Notes: generated by a model not told the origin, from the sequence alone. Positions 23,738 to 33,771 are shown, counted from the first letter of the stretch. The stretch is DNA of 64,000 nt from Candidatus Levybacteria bacterium RIFCSPHIGHO2_01_FULL_41_15 (GCA_001782165.1 MFNV01000006.1:444-64443), one strand, 5' to 3'. Program-made: numbers and translations.

Positions 23738-25456
23738 CTACATTTTTGTTGGGGATTCGATACCGAGGAGATAGAGGCCGGTTTTGAGGGTCTGACCGAC
23801 TCCTCGCGTGAGTTTTAATCTAAACTCTTCGTTTTCACTTTCCAGAATCTTATGTTTTTGATAAAAATTATTAAACGCCTGTGAAAGTTCAAAAAGATAA
23901 TTGCAGAGAAGATTTGGAGCAAAACTGTCTCCGGCCTCCTCTACAATTTCTGGGAAGTGAATCAGTAATCTTAAAACCAAGAGTTCTTCCTTTTCAAGTT
24001 TAATATTTTCTGAATTCTGAATTCTGAATTCTGAATTCCGAGCATTTGCGAGCACACTTTGCGTTCTCGCAAAAGTATATTGAATATACGGTCCTGAATT
24101 GCCCTCAAGATTGATCGACTCTTTGAAACTAAAGGTGATATCGGATTTGCGGGAAAATTTAAGCACAGAGTACTTTACAGCCCCTACAGCCACTTTTTCC
24201 AAGGTTTCCTCCTCCATTTGTTCGAAATTTTCTTTTAACCTTCTTTTCGTCTCATCCAAAAGCCACTCCCCCGAAATTATGTTTCCAAGGCGGGATGACA
24301 TTTTCGTATCTTTTAAACTCACAAAACCAAAAGAATAATGGAAAGTTTTTTTGGCAAGATCCGGAAAAACCTTATCAAGCGCTTGCAAAACTACTTTAAA
24401 GTAAGATACCTGTTCATTTGCGGTAATAATTATTGACTCGTCGTAGGGAAAATCGTCAAATTTTGCCGATGCCAAAGCCAAATCCTTGGCCTCATATGTT
24501 CCGTAACCATCGCTTGTTACAAAAACTCTAGTGTGCTTTCCGCGGAAAACCACAGCACCTTCATGTCTTTCAAAAATCCCATCTTTGATATGAGACAGAA
24601 CAATCTCCCTTCCAGGTTCTTCAACCTCGCTTTCAAAATAATATCTTTTGTATTTGGTTCCTAATCTTTTATAAATATCTTCAAAATGCTCAAGACTCCA
24701 CTTTCTCCCCTCTCCCCAAAGTTTGTTCAATCCTGGGTCTGATTTTTGATAAATTTTAAGATTTATTTCCCGAATTTCTTCCTGTGCTTTTTTATCTTCC
24801 TCGTACGCTTTTGCACCTGCCGCGTACGCTTCTCCCAAAAATTTTGCTCCTTTGTCTTTTGACTTTAAATTTTGAATTTTGAATTTTGACTTTTGAATTC
24901 CATAAATCGCTTTTGCAACATGCATTCCAACATCCCCTTGATAGTTGGCTCGAAAAACTTCTGCGCCTTGAAACTCCAAAAGCCTTGAAAAAGATTCCCC
25001 CAAAGCTATATTTCGAAGATGGCCTATGTGAAATTCCTTAAAGGGATTGGGGTCTGCAAACTCGAGCATTATTTTCTGCTTGCCCCGCGGAGCTTTCTTG
25101 ACCTTCGAAGTTTTAACGAAGGAGGTAGCGAAGTGGGGTTTCCCGTAATTTTCATCTGATGCTATTTGATGCAGTTTTTCTGTCAGATATTTCTTGGAAA
25201 GAAAAAAATTAAGAAATCCGGGCGGAGAAACTTCAATCTTCCCAACTTCGGGTACATTTTTTTGAAGCTCCTTTGAGAGGAAATTTCCAAATTCAATCGG
25301 GTTTTTATATTTATCCTTTACTTTGTGAAAAAAGGTAAGAGGAGCGTTCGTGGAATAATCTCCATATACTATATCAATCTGTACCTCCACTTCAAACTTC
25401 TCCTTTATGATCTTCTCAAGTTCTTTCCTAAGCGCTCTCTCAATCTTTCCCTTCAT
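23738..25456 (-). CDS. argS: Arginine--tRNA ligase
   Basis: EFADPNPFKEFHIGHLRN, KMSSRLG, GNSGPYIQYTFAR. Confidence 0.97.
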   Translation of the reverse strand: MKGKIERALRKELEKIIKEKFEVEVQIDIVYGDYSTNAPLTFFHKVKDKYKNPIEFGNFLSKELQKNVPEVGKIEVSPPGFLNFFLSKKYLTEKLHQIASDENYGKPHFATSFVKTSKVKKAPRGKQKIMLEFADPNPFKEFHIGHLRNIALGESFSRLLEFQGAEVFRANYQGDVGMHVAKAIYGIQKSKFKIQNLKSKDKGAKFLGEAYAAGAKAYEEDKKAQEEIREINLKIYQKSDPGLNKLWGEGRKWSLEHFEDIYKRLGTKYKRYYFESEVEEPGREIVLSHIKDGIFERHEGAVVFRGKHTRVFVTSDGYGTYEAKDLALASAKFDDFPYDESIIITANEQVSYFKVVLQALDKVFPDLAKKTFHYSFGFVSLKDTKMSSRLGNIISGEWLLDETKRRLKENFEQMEEETLEKVAVGAVKYSVLKFSRKSDITFSFKESINLEGNSGPYIQYTFARTQSVLANARNSEFRIQNSENIKLEKEELLVLRLLIHFPEIVEEAGDSFAPNLLCNYLFELSQAFNNFYQKHKILESENEEFRLKLTRGVGQTLKTGLYLLGIESPTKM

Positions 25457-25583
25457 GATGTTATTGTAGCACAGAGATGGCTAATGGTTCAGGTTTAAAA
25501 TTTAAAGCGTACGACTTATTATGTACGTTCTTACGGCCAGTTCTCGGGCTTGACACTTTAAGCCATAATTGATAGCGTAATAA

Positions 25584-25976
25584 TTGAAGATGAAAATTCT
25601 AATTGTCGATGACGATGAAAGTCTAACTCAGGTTCTCTCAACAGCCTTTACCAAAGAAGGCTTTACTACAATTGTTTCAAAAACCGGAAGAGACGGGCTA
25701 AATAAGGCAAAAGAAGAGAATCCCAATCTGATATTACTCGACCAGGTCCTCCCCGATATTTCAGGCAACCAGATTTTAAAAGAACTTAAAATCGATGAGC
25801 AAACAAAAACTATACCGGTCATGATGGTTTCAAATTTCAGCCAGGAAGATTTAGTAAATCAGGCAATAAATGACGGAGCAACGGATTATATCTTCAAGTA
25901 TCAGGCAGACATTGAGGACATAGTGAACAAAGTCAAAGGTGCCTTAAAATCAGACGACTCCGGGCAGACAGTTTAA
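25584..25976 (+). CDS. Single-domain response regulator
   Basis: ILIVDDD, LILLDQVLP, SN, DYIFK. Confidence 0.92.
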   Translation: MKMKILIVDDDESLTQVLSTAFTKEGFTTIVSKTGRDGLNKAKEENPNLILLDQVLPDISGNQILKELKIDEQTKTIPVMMVSNFSQEDLVNQAINDGATDYIFKYQADIEDIVNKVKGALKSDDSGQTV

Positions 25977-25981
25977 TAAAA

Positions 25982-26857
25982 ATGGAGTTTTCAATTCTAA
26001 CCGCTGTTTTCTTTGGGGCTCTTGCAATCATATTCTCCATAAAAGAAGAGAGAAGCAAAAAAAAACTTGCCGAGGCGCAAAAGCAACTCGAGGCTGAAAA
26101 AAATAAACTTAAAGACAATATTATCAATGAAGAGAATATGAATAAAGTGAAGGAAGAGCTGACGCATGTTATGGTACATGAACTTCGCGCGCCTTTAGCA
26201 AGCATAAAAGACTCATCCGAACTTCTCCTCTCGGATAAATTCACTGAGGAAGAGAAGAAACAGTTCCTCAAAATAATAAATCATGAAGCAAAGCTTCTTT
26301 TAAGCCATGTCTCAGGGATTCTTGATGCTGCCAAACTTGAGTCGGGAACATTTACTCTGGAGAAGAATAAAGAAAATATAAGTGATATAATCTACGAAAC
26401 AATAAAGCTTTTCGAACCGCAGGCAAACAAAAAAAATCTTACTCTATCCTCTCACATAGACAGCCCTTTTCCCTTTGTTTTTATTGATAAAATAAGGATT
26501 GAGCAGGTAATAAATAATCTCTTGTCAAACAGCATAAAGTTTACTCCCCAAGGAGGCAAAATAACAGTTAAGGCAAGGCGGAGTTTAGACGGAGGAGTTG
26601 AAATTATAGTAGAAGATACCGGTATTGGTGTTCCTAAAGAGCTTCAAGGAGATATTTTTAACAAGTTTTACCAGGTGAAAAATCATGGTATAGAAATACA
26701 GGGGACAGGTTTGGGTTTGTATATTACCAAAAAAATTGTTGAGGCCCACGGAGGTACAATCGAAATTGAATCCGAAGAGAATCAGGGAACAAAAATTAAG
26801 GTTTCTCTTCCTGCATATGACGAGACTCACCAAGCTCCATCTTATCTTCCTAATTAG
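25982..26857 (+). CDS. Histidine kinase (HisKA + HATPase) with one N-terminal TM and no sensor domain
   Basis: HELRAPL, NLLSNSIKF, DTGIG, GTGLGL. Confidence 0.93.
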   Translation: MEFSILTAVFFGALAIIFSIKEERSKKKLAEAQKQLEAEKNKLKDNIINEENMNKVKEELTHVMVHELRAPLASIKDSSELLLSDKFTEEEKKQFLKIINHEAKLLLSHVSGILDAAKLESGTFTLEKNKENISDIIYETIKLFEPQANKKNLTLSSHIDSPFPFVFIDKIRIEQVINNLLSNSIKFTPQGGKITVKARRSLDGGVEIIVEDTGIGVPKELQGDIFNKFYQVKNHGIEIQGTGLGLYITKKIVEAHGGTIEIESEENQGTKIKVSLPAYDETHQAPSYLPN

Positions 26858-27719
26858 GCTTGATACCGAATGACTCTCCGTCTGATACCACCTCTATATC
26901 TCCCGACAGATCTGTTCTTAAAGTCTTTATATGGAAATTTTTTAAAAGGCTTAAGGTAAAGGGGCTTGGATGTCCGTATCTGTTTTTCTTGCCAGCGGAT
27001 ATTACAGCCAGCTTTGGTTCAAGAGATGATAAAATTTTATCATTTAAACCTGTTTTTGACCCATGATGAGGAACTTCCAAGACATCTGTCTCCCCAGCTT
27101 CTGTCCCAAGAGCTTGGACAAGCCCCTCTGTTTGACTGTCTCCTGTAAAAAGAACACTGAAGCTTCCGAACCTAAGAAGAACGATGAGGGATCCAAATTC
27201 CCCGCTTTCTTGAATATTTCGGCCAGGGCTTGTCTTGTCTAGATATTCATAACTTGGTCCTAGAATCAAAAGACTTGTTCCATCTTTTAACTTAAAAGAG
27301 TCTCCCGAAAAAACATATATAATTTTCAAATTTCTACTTCTGATATTATCCATAAGCGCCTGGAAACTTACACTTTTATTGCTTAGGTCTTCAGTGACAA
27401 AAGATAACAAACTATATCTTTTTATTACAAAATTGAGTCCTGCAAAGTGATCAAGATGAGGATGTGTCAAAAACGCTGCCGAAATAGTTTTATCCCAAAA
27501 AGGCATGTGCCTTTCAAGACATTTTATGATCTTATCATCCGGACCTGCGTCAATTAAGAAGTTCTTCCGACCTGGCGTTCTTATGAAGACCCCATTCCCC
27601 TGTCCTACATTGCAGAATATGACATGAAGTTTGCCGTCATTGTATTTTGCATTTTCAAATACCGCAAAGCCGCCAAAAAAAAGAATTAGAAAAGAGAAGA
27701 TTAGTACGGTCTTTTTCAT
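26850..27719 (-). CDS. ComEC C-terminal metallo-beta-lactamase nuclease, encoded as a separate gene
   Basis: NVGQG, THPHLDH, FTGD, HHGS, NRYGHP. Confidence 0.9.
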   Translation of the reverse strand: MKKTVLIFSFLILFFGGFAVFENAKYNDGKLHVIFCNVGQGNGVFIRTPGRKNFLIDAGPDDKIIKCLERHMPFWDKTISAAFLTHPHLDHFAGLNFVIKRYSLLSFVTEDLSNKSVSFQALMDNIRSRNLKIIYVFSGDSFKLKDGTSLLILGPSYEYLDKTSPGRNIQESGEFGSLIVLLRFGSFSVLFTGDSQTEGLVQALGTEAGETDVLEVPHHGSKTGLNDKILSSLEPKLAVISAGKKNRYGHPSPFTLSLLKNFHIKTLRTDLSGDIEVVSDGESFGIKPN

Positions 27720-28945
27720 AATTTATTTTTAAACTTTAAAACAAGTGAGACAAGAATGAGATAATATCCTGCCGCAAACTGCCAAGGGAAATCTTCGATT
27801 TCCAGAGATCCCCCTAAATCCGAAAAGAGGGAGACAATTTTGTCGAAATAAAAAATTAGAGGAAAGGCAAGAAGAATCACCGCTTTACCTGCCAATTCCC
27901 AAAATATACCCAAGGATCCTCCCACTGCGCCGATGACCATAAGAATAGGGACAGTCCAGAGCACCAATGCATTTACAAAGACTGACCAAATCGAATAGGT
28001 TCCGAAATTTGCAATAAGAATGGGAAGAGTGGCGGCTTGGGCAGACAAAGTTATTATCAGATCTTCTCCTATTAAAGTTATGTTCAAAGCTTTTTTTATT
28101 GTGTCTGAGAAAAAGAAAAACGGTCTTATGGATAAAAGCCCAAAAGTTGCTGCGAAAGAAAGCTGAAAACCTATATCAAATATCGTCAATGGATTTATGA
28201 AAATCATTAAGTATCCCGCGACCATGAGGGCATAAAAAGAAAGTCTTTGTCTGCCCAAAATTTGAGCAGACAAAGCAAGTATTCCCATAATTGTCGCTCT
28301 TACTATTGATGCTTCAAACCCAGACAAAACTGCATAAAAGAGAACCCCCGAAACTGTAAGAAAAAGGGCAATCTGCCTCTTTAAGAAGAACGAGAATACT
28401 CCTCCTATAAACCCGCCGAAAAGTGTTATATTCATTCCCGAAGCCGCAATTACATGCAAGACTCCCGCAATTCTTAAATTGTCCAAAAATTCCGAAGACA
28501 TATTCCTCCTTATTCCAAAAGCAATGCCCAAAAGCAAGGACGAATAATCCGAAGGCAATGTTCTCTCAAATAGGTATATTAATTTTTGCCGCAATACTGA
28601 TATAAATTTAAAAATAGAATTCTCATCTTCTATCTTTTGTATTTTCGGAAAAGACAAAATAAAAATCTCATTTTTATTTAGCACTCCGACTTTTAATTTG
28701 CCAGAAACTCTTATTCGATCTTGATAATTAAATTCAGGATGAGGTGAAGTTATTATTAAAATTCTGTTCAAATCTAAATTAGCAGATACTATTTGCCGAC
28801 TGCCAGATATTTTGGGCTGTGATTTGATCTGGGTTACAAAATTAACTTCTTCTCCGTCCTTTAAATCTTGTCTATTTTGATACTCCAAAAATGCTCGGAT
28901 TCCAAGAACGAGAATAAGAACCAAAAAGACAGAGGCAATTCTCAT
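27716..28945 (-). CDS. comEC: ComEC/Rec2 competence membrane channel
   Basis: GVLHVIAASGMN, SIVRATIM, DIGFQLSFAATFGL. Confidence 0.92.
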   Translation of the reverse strand: MRIASVFLVLILVLGIRAFLEYQNRQDLKDGEEVNFVTQIKSQPKISGSRQIVSANLDLNRILIITSPHPEFNYQDRIRVSGKLKVGVLNKNEIFILSFPKIQKIEDENSIFKFISVLRQKLIYLFERTLPSDYSSLLLGIAFGIRRNMSSEFLDNLRIAGVLHVIAASGMNITLFGGFIGGVFSFFLKRQIALFLTVSGVLFYAVLSGFEASIVRATIMGILALSAQILGRQRLSFYALMVAGYLMIFINPLTIFDIGFQLSFAATFGLLSIRPFFFFSDTIKKALNITLIGEDLIITLSAQAATLPILIANFGTYSIWSVFVNALVLWTVPILMVIGAVGGSLGIFWELAGKAVILLAFPLIFYFDKIVSLFSDLGGSLEIEDFPWQFAAGYYLILVSLVLKFKNKL

Positions 28946-29574
28946 TAATAAATCGTAATTTTATCTTTTATTTTATCGAAGACCGAGCTGCCCACTATTT
29001 TTTTTGAAAGCAGATCATCTATGGTCTGGTAAGGCCTCCCTTGTATTATTTTTGATGCCGTAGCAGGCCCTATTCCAGACAAAGTATCTAATTCTTTATC
29101 AGATGCAGTATTTATGTTTATTAAGCCTCCTGATTGAATACTGGCTCCTCCCTGAACTTGGGAAGAGGTAAATGTTTCCCCTTCAAACGGTATATAAATT
29201 TTTATTCCGTCCGTAACTTTTAAAGCAAGATTTAGATTCTTGGCTACCCAATTTCTATCTGCACCTGAAGAAAGACCTCTGGCTGCTACCAGTACGTCTT
29301 TTACCCTTGATTCCTTGGGCAAATTATAAACTCCGGGAGAAACAACCGCTCCTTCTATATCTACTACGATCTGGCTATCTTTTTTATTACCTGAATTCAC
29401 TTCCGATGATTGGCTTGCTTTCTCAAATGCAATATCATTTGAGTTTGATGATGAAACTAATAACCCTATCACACCATATCCTAAAAGTATCACTCCCAAA
29501 AAACCCAAAATTAGCGGCAAGAGGTTCTGTCGGATAAGAGGAACTAAAGAGTCACTAAGGTTTTTATAATCCAT
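28945..29574 (-). CDS. comEA: ComEA DNA receptor (SLBB + HhH)
   Basis: VDIEGAVVSPGVY, ININTAS, LDTLSGIGPATASKII. Confidence 0.93.
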   Translation of the reverse strand: MDYKNLSDSLVPLIRQNLLPLILGFLGVILLGYGVIGLLVSSSNSNDIAFEKASQSSEVNSGNKKDSQIVVDIEGAVVSPGVYNLPKESRVKDVLVAARGLSSGADRNWVAKNLNLALKVTDGIKIYIPFEGETFTSSQVQGGASIQSGGLININTASDKELDTLSGIGPATASKIIQGRPYQTIDDLLSKKIVGSSVFDKIKDKITIY

Positions 29575-32125
29575 TGTCTAAAACGAAGTTTATTACCTTC
29601 CCTTTGATATAAACAATGTCTTTGATCTTCCTTTTGTTTAAGTATTTTTGCACCCTTTGACTTTTCCTGGCAGTTTCCTCTATTTTCTGCTGATCATTAA
29701 TATGGGCTGAGTCAACCCTTAAAACATCCCGGGTTTTACCATTTATCTGAACGGCGATAGCAAAAATTTTTTCTGCCAAATATTCTTCTTTAAAACTGGG
29801 CCATGAGGCTTTATGAATAGAATCTTGGAAATTTAAAGCATGCCATAACTCCTCTGAAAAGTGCGGAGCAAAAGGACAAATCAAAAGAAGAAAAGTTTTA
29901 ACTTCATCTTTTGATATATTTTGTTCCTTTGACAAAAAATTATAATATTCCATAAGCGAAGCTATCGCAGTATTGTATTTAAGATTATCGATATCTTCTG
30001 TGACTTTTTTTATTGTTCTATGAAGCTTTGAGAGAGACTTGACTGAAACACTTTTATCTGAAATTTTGGTTAGACAAAGAACCCAAGCTCTTTTTAAAAA
30101 TCTGAAACACCCCTCAACGCTTTCCTCACTCCAGAGAACAGTTTGGTCAAAAGGTCCCATGAACATCTCGTAAATTCTCAAGGTATCTGCCCCAAATTTA
30201 TTGATTATTTCATCAGGATTAATGATATTTCCAAAGGACTTACTCATTTTTCTGCCGTCTCTCCCTAAGACAATCCCGTGTGAGCGTCTCTTTGCATATG
30301 GCTCAGGATTCGGCACTACACCAATGTCAAATAAAAATTTGTAGACAAACCGCGAATACAAAAGATGCAAGGTGGTATGTTCAAATCCGCCTTGATAGAT
30401 ATCAACCGGCATCCAATAATCCATTTTTTTCTTATCGGCAAGAGCCGAATCATTGCCAGGATCTAGATAGCGTAGAAAATACCAGTTTGAACCAGCCCAG
30501 TTTGGCATAGTATCTGTTTCGCGTCGTGCTTTTCCGCCACATTCTGGGCATTTTACCTTGAGCCAATCTTTGGCAAGCGCCAGGGGAGATTCTCCCGTTC
30601 CTGTTGGCTCATATTCTTTAAGGAACGGAAGCTCAACCGGCAGATCTTTTTCAGGAACCGAAACAGCTCCACATTTTTTGCAGTGTACTATTGGAATTGG
30701 CTCTCCCCAATAGTGCTGTCTTGAGAAAACCCAATCGCGGAGATGATAAACTGTAACTCTCTTACCCCAACCTTTTTCTTCAATATAATCCATTATCTTT
30801 TTTGTAGCCTCATGAATATCCAATCCATTGAGAAAATCCGAATTGATCATTGTTCCCTCTTCTTCTTGGACCTGAGAAGCTTTTGTGATTGGCGATCTAT
30901 CGCCATCTTTGCCAACAACCACACGGATTATTGGTAACTTAAAACTTCTAGCGAATTCGAAATCGCGAATATCATGACCAGGCACGCCAACAACTGCACC
31001 CGTCCCAACATTACCTAGAACAAAGTCACTCACCCATATTGGCATCTTTCTTTTGTTCAAGTCGTTAATCGCGTACGATCCCGTAAAAACTCCGGTTTTC
31101 TTCCTGCCTTCTGCGATTCTTTCAACCTCTGATTTTCTTACTGATGCATTAATATATTCTTTGACTACTTTTTTATGTTTTTCTTTTGTTATCTTAAGAA
31201 TAAGCGGGTGTTCAGGACCAACTACTATGAAAGTTGCGCCAAAATTAGTATCGGGCCTTGTCGTGAAGCACTCGATCTGATATTTACTATTTTCTATTTG
31301 ATATTTAATGTTGATTCCTTCTTTTTTTCCAATCCAATTTATCTGCTGTATGGCTATTTTTTGAGAGTAATCAACCAGTTTTAAATCTTCTAAAAGTCTA
31401 TCGGCGTATTTTGTAATCTTAAGAAGCCATTGTTTTTGCATTCGCTTTTGAGTTTTGGTGCCACAGCGTTCATGTGTTCCGTCTAATAAGACTTCTTCAT
31501 CCGCCAAATTAGTCTTACACGATGGACACCAGTTTACTGGAACATCTGCCTGATAAGTCAATCCCTTTTCAAAAAATTTTAAGAAGATCCACTGAGTCCA
31601 TTTGTAGTACTTAGGATCGGTCGTGTTTATTTCGCGGCTCCAGTCAAACGAAAGACCTAGGGATTTACACTGTTTCTTAAATCTTTCAATGTTTTTTGGG
31701 ACAATAGTAGAAGGGTGGACACGCATCTTCAAAGCGTAGTTTTCAGCAGGCAAACCAAAAGCATCCCAGCCAATTGGATAAAGCACATTCTTTCCTTCCA
31801 TTCTTTTCTTTCGGGAATACGCATCCATTGCAGACCATGAGCGGATATGTCCTACATGAAGACCTGAGCCTGAAGGATAGGGAAATTCGATCAAAACATA
31901 AAATTTCTGCCGCTTATCAAAATCTATGGCCCTATAAAGTCCCTCCTCCTCCCACCTCTTCTGCCATTTTGGCTCTATTAAACTTGGGTTATACTTCTGC
32001 TTGCCCCGCGAAGCCGCGTTTGACGCGGCGAAGTGGGGCCATTTGGGTTCAATTTCCGAAGGATTATATTTTGGAATCATGATTTTTACCTTTTCTTTTT
32101 TGTTTTTTGATTTTAAATTAGCCAT
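29564..32125 (-). CDS. leuS: Leucine--tRNA ligase
   Basis: FPYPSGSGLHVGH, GWDAFGLPAEN, FTTRPDT, SRQHYWGEPIP, KMSKS. Confidence 0.97.
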   Translation of the reverse strand: MANLKSKNKKEKVKIMIPKYNPSEIEPKWPHFAASNAASRGKQKYNPSLIEPKWQKRWEEEGLYRAIDFDKRQKFYVLIEFPYPSGSGLHVGHIRSWSAMDAYSRKKRMEGKNVLYPIGWDAFGLPAENYALKMRVHPSTIVPKNIERFKKQCKSLGLSFDWSREINTTDPKYYKWTQWIFLKFFEKGLTYQADVPVNWCPSCKTNLADEEVLLDGTHERCGTKTQKRMQKQWLLKITKYADRLLEDLKLVDYSQKIAIQQINWIGKKEGINIKYQIENSKYQIECFTTRPDTNFGATFIVVGPEHPLILKITKEKHKKVVKEYINASVRKSEVERIAEGRKKTGVFTGSYAINDLNKRKMPIWVSDFVLGNVGTGAVVGVPGHDIRDFEFARSFKLPIIRVVVGKDGDRSPITKASQVQEEEGTMINSDFLNGLDIHEATKKIMDYIEEKGWGKRVTVYHLRDWVFSRQHYWGEPIPIVHCKKCGAVSVPEKDLPVELPFLKEYEPTGTGESPLALAKDWLKVKCPECGGKARRETDTMPNWAGSNWYFLRYLDPGNDSALADKKKMDYWMPVDIYQGGFEHTTLHLLYSRFVYKFLFDIGVVPNPEPYAKRRSHGIVLGRDGRKMSKSFGNIINPDEIINKFGADTLRIYEMFMGPFDQTVLWSEESVEGCFRFLKRAWVLCLTKISDKSVSVKSLSKLHRTIKKVTEDIDNLKYNTAIASLMEYYNFLSKEQNISKDEVKTFLLLICPFAPHFSEELWHALNFQDSIHKASWPSFKEEYLAEKIFAIAVQINGKTRDVLRVDSAHINDQQKIEETARKSQRVQKYLNKRKIKDIVYIKGKVINFVLDNGL

Positions 32126-32153
32126 AAATGGAGCATAGCACAGAGAAGGGTAT

Positions 32154-33074
32154 TTATCTAGACACTCTATCGGCCTGTGGTAGTTGCCTCTGTTCTAAAA
32201 GATTTCTAGCATTTACCGGGGCAACAGATCTAAATATTGGCTTCTCCGGAGATTTTATTCTTATTTTTACCCTTCCTGGACCATGATCATCAAGAAGAAC
32301 CTGATATCCACACAATTCATACATGCTAAAGTTTCTGCACTCAGTAGCCCATCCTATAACTCCATTAACAGGTCTGTTAAAAAGTCTCTCTCGCTTGTCA
32401 TCAAAAACAATCCTAAGGGGAATTTGCCCATCACGCAAGATTATCAATAATCTTCCGGGTTCTTCTGATGGATCCCTCTTGGTTTCCGCCAAAAGGGCGA
32501 AAAGACCATCGACAACAACTGCTGAGCCATCCGGTTGAAGCTCCAATTCTGTCTCCGTCATATCGATTAACTCCTCGGCCCTTTCTGTAACCCGGCGCTT
32601 CCGCCTTTTTCCCCGGACTCTCTTTCCTAAATGGCTTTCGTAAATAATTCCGCTTTCTTTTCCTCTATCCCTTGCTCTTAAACTATTTAGATTAAACTTG
32701 CGGAAGATAAATGGTTGTCTGTCGAATGAACGAAGTTCTACTGTTATAGATGAGGAATTTTGAGGCTTTTTAATAATTAAACTATATTGACCAAATGTAA
32801 TACTGCTAATTTCCTCTGGTCGCAAGTTAAGATTTTGTGCGCTACTAATAGCAACCTGTCCCTGTCTTCCTACCACAACTGTGGGATGCTCTCTTCTTCT
32901 TAGAACTGTCAATTTACTTCTTGGTAGTTGTCCATCACTTAAATCACTCACAGCCCTAAGACAGAATTGTCCCCCATTAACAATCACAGCTTCTCCATCT
33001 ATAAAGAGTTCAACTAAACCAGGGGAATATCCTTCCAACCGGTCTTTTTTCTCAACTGCTGTTTCTAGTTTCAT
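32154..33074 (-). CDS. Hypothetical protein with two tandem homologous beta domains
   Basis: ELFIDGEAVIVNG...PFIFR matches ELQPDGSAVVVDG...PIFR; basic linker between them. Confidence 0.7.
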   Translation of the reverse strand: MKLETAVEKKDRLEGYSPGLVELFIDGEAVIVNGGQFCLRAVSDLSDGQLPRSKLTVLRRREHPTVVVGRQGQVAISSAQNLNLRPEEISSITFGQYSLIIKKPQNSSSITVELRSFDRQPFIFRKFNLNSLRARDRGKESGIIYESHLGKRVRGKRRKRRVTERAEELIDMTETELELQPDGSAVVVDGLFALLAETKRDPSEEPGRLLIILRDGQIPLRIVFDDKRERLFNRPVNGVIGWATECRNFSMYELCGYQVLLDDHGPGRVKIRIKSPEKPIFRSVAPVNARNLLEQRQLPQADRVSR

Positions 33075-33167
33075 TTGCTATAATTTAACTCTATAGCACA
33101 AAGTCTTGTGCTTTTGCAATAGTCCAAATACCGACTTCTTGCTTTTTGATTTGGGATTCTATACGAT

Positions 33168-33767
33168 TTGATTATGAGACTGCTTCTTCAATCCCTCCTT
33201 ATTCTCTTTTCGTTTGCTCTTGTCTTTGTATGGCAGGATTCCCCCCTTTCAGGCTACACGCTTCAGATCATAGGTTTTCTAATAGCTGTCTATATCATAA
33301 GTTCTCTTGCTAAGTCCCGCAAGGGAAAACAAATTTCTCTTGGGGGTCCCTTAGGGGTTTTTATTTTAAATACCATTATTCTTCTTTTTGTCTTTGCGAC
33401 AGGCGGTCTGTCTTCCTCCTTTTTCTTTCTTCTCTACTTTGTGGTTCTGGCACTCGTTTTTATATTTGAACCTTATGCTGTAATCCCCTTTGTTATGGGG
33501 ATCGTTCTTATTTTTCTTCCTTCTGCTATCAAGGACGATGTCGTCGCAAACTTTATTAAGCTTGGCTCTATAGTTTTGATTTCTCCCCTTGCATTTTTCT
33601 TTGGCAGAGAATATCAAAAAAGCGGCCAAGACGAAGAAGCTTTTGAAAAAATTGAAGAGGATGTAAAGGATGTTCTAAAAAGCGAGAAAGGGAAACTTGA
33701 AGAAGAAGATGTAAAAAAACTTGAAGACGTGATTGAAGAGGCTGAAGAGGCTGAAAAACCCCAATAA
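33168..33767 (+). CDS. Hypothetical multi-pass membrane protein with acidic coiled C-tail
   Basis: About 5-6 hydrophobic segments followed by a charged tail. Confidence 0.75.
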   Translation: MIMRLLLQSLLILFSFALVFVWQDSPLSGYTLQIIGFLIAVYIISSLAKSRKGKQISLGGPLGVFILNTIILLFVFATGGLSSSFFFLLYFVVLALVFIFEPYAVIPFVMGIVLIFLPSAIKDDVVANFIKLGSIVLISPLAFFFGREYQKSGQDEEAFEKIEEDVKDVLKSEKGKLEEEDVKKLEDVIEEAEEAEKPQ

Positions 33768-33771
33768 ATTT

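Noticed and set aside
26850-28945. Split comEC as a frameshifted pseudogene
   Set aside because: The MBL gene has its own start and signal/TM segment and overlaps by ATGA, consistent with a genuine two-gene arrangement.
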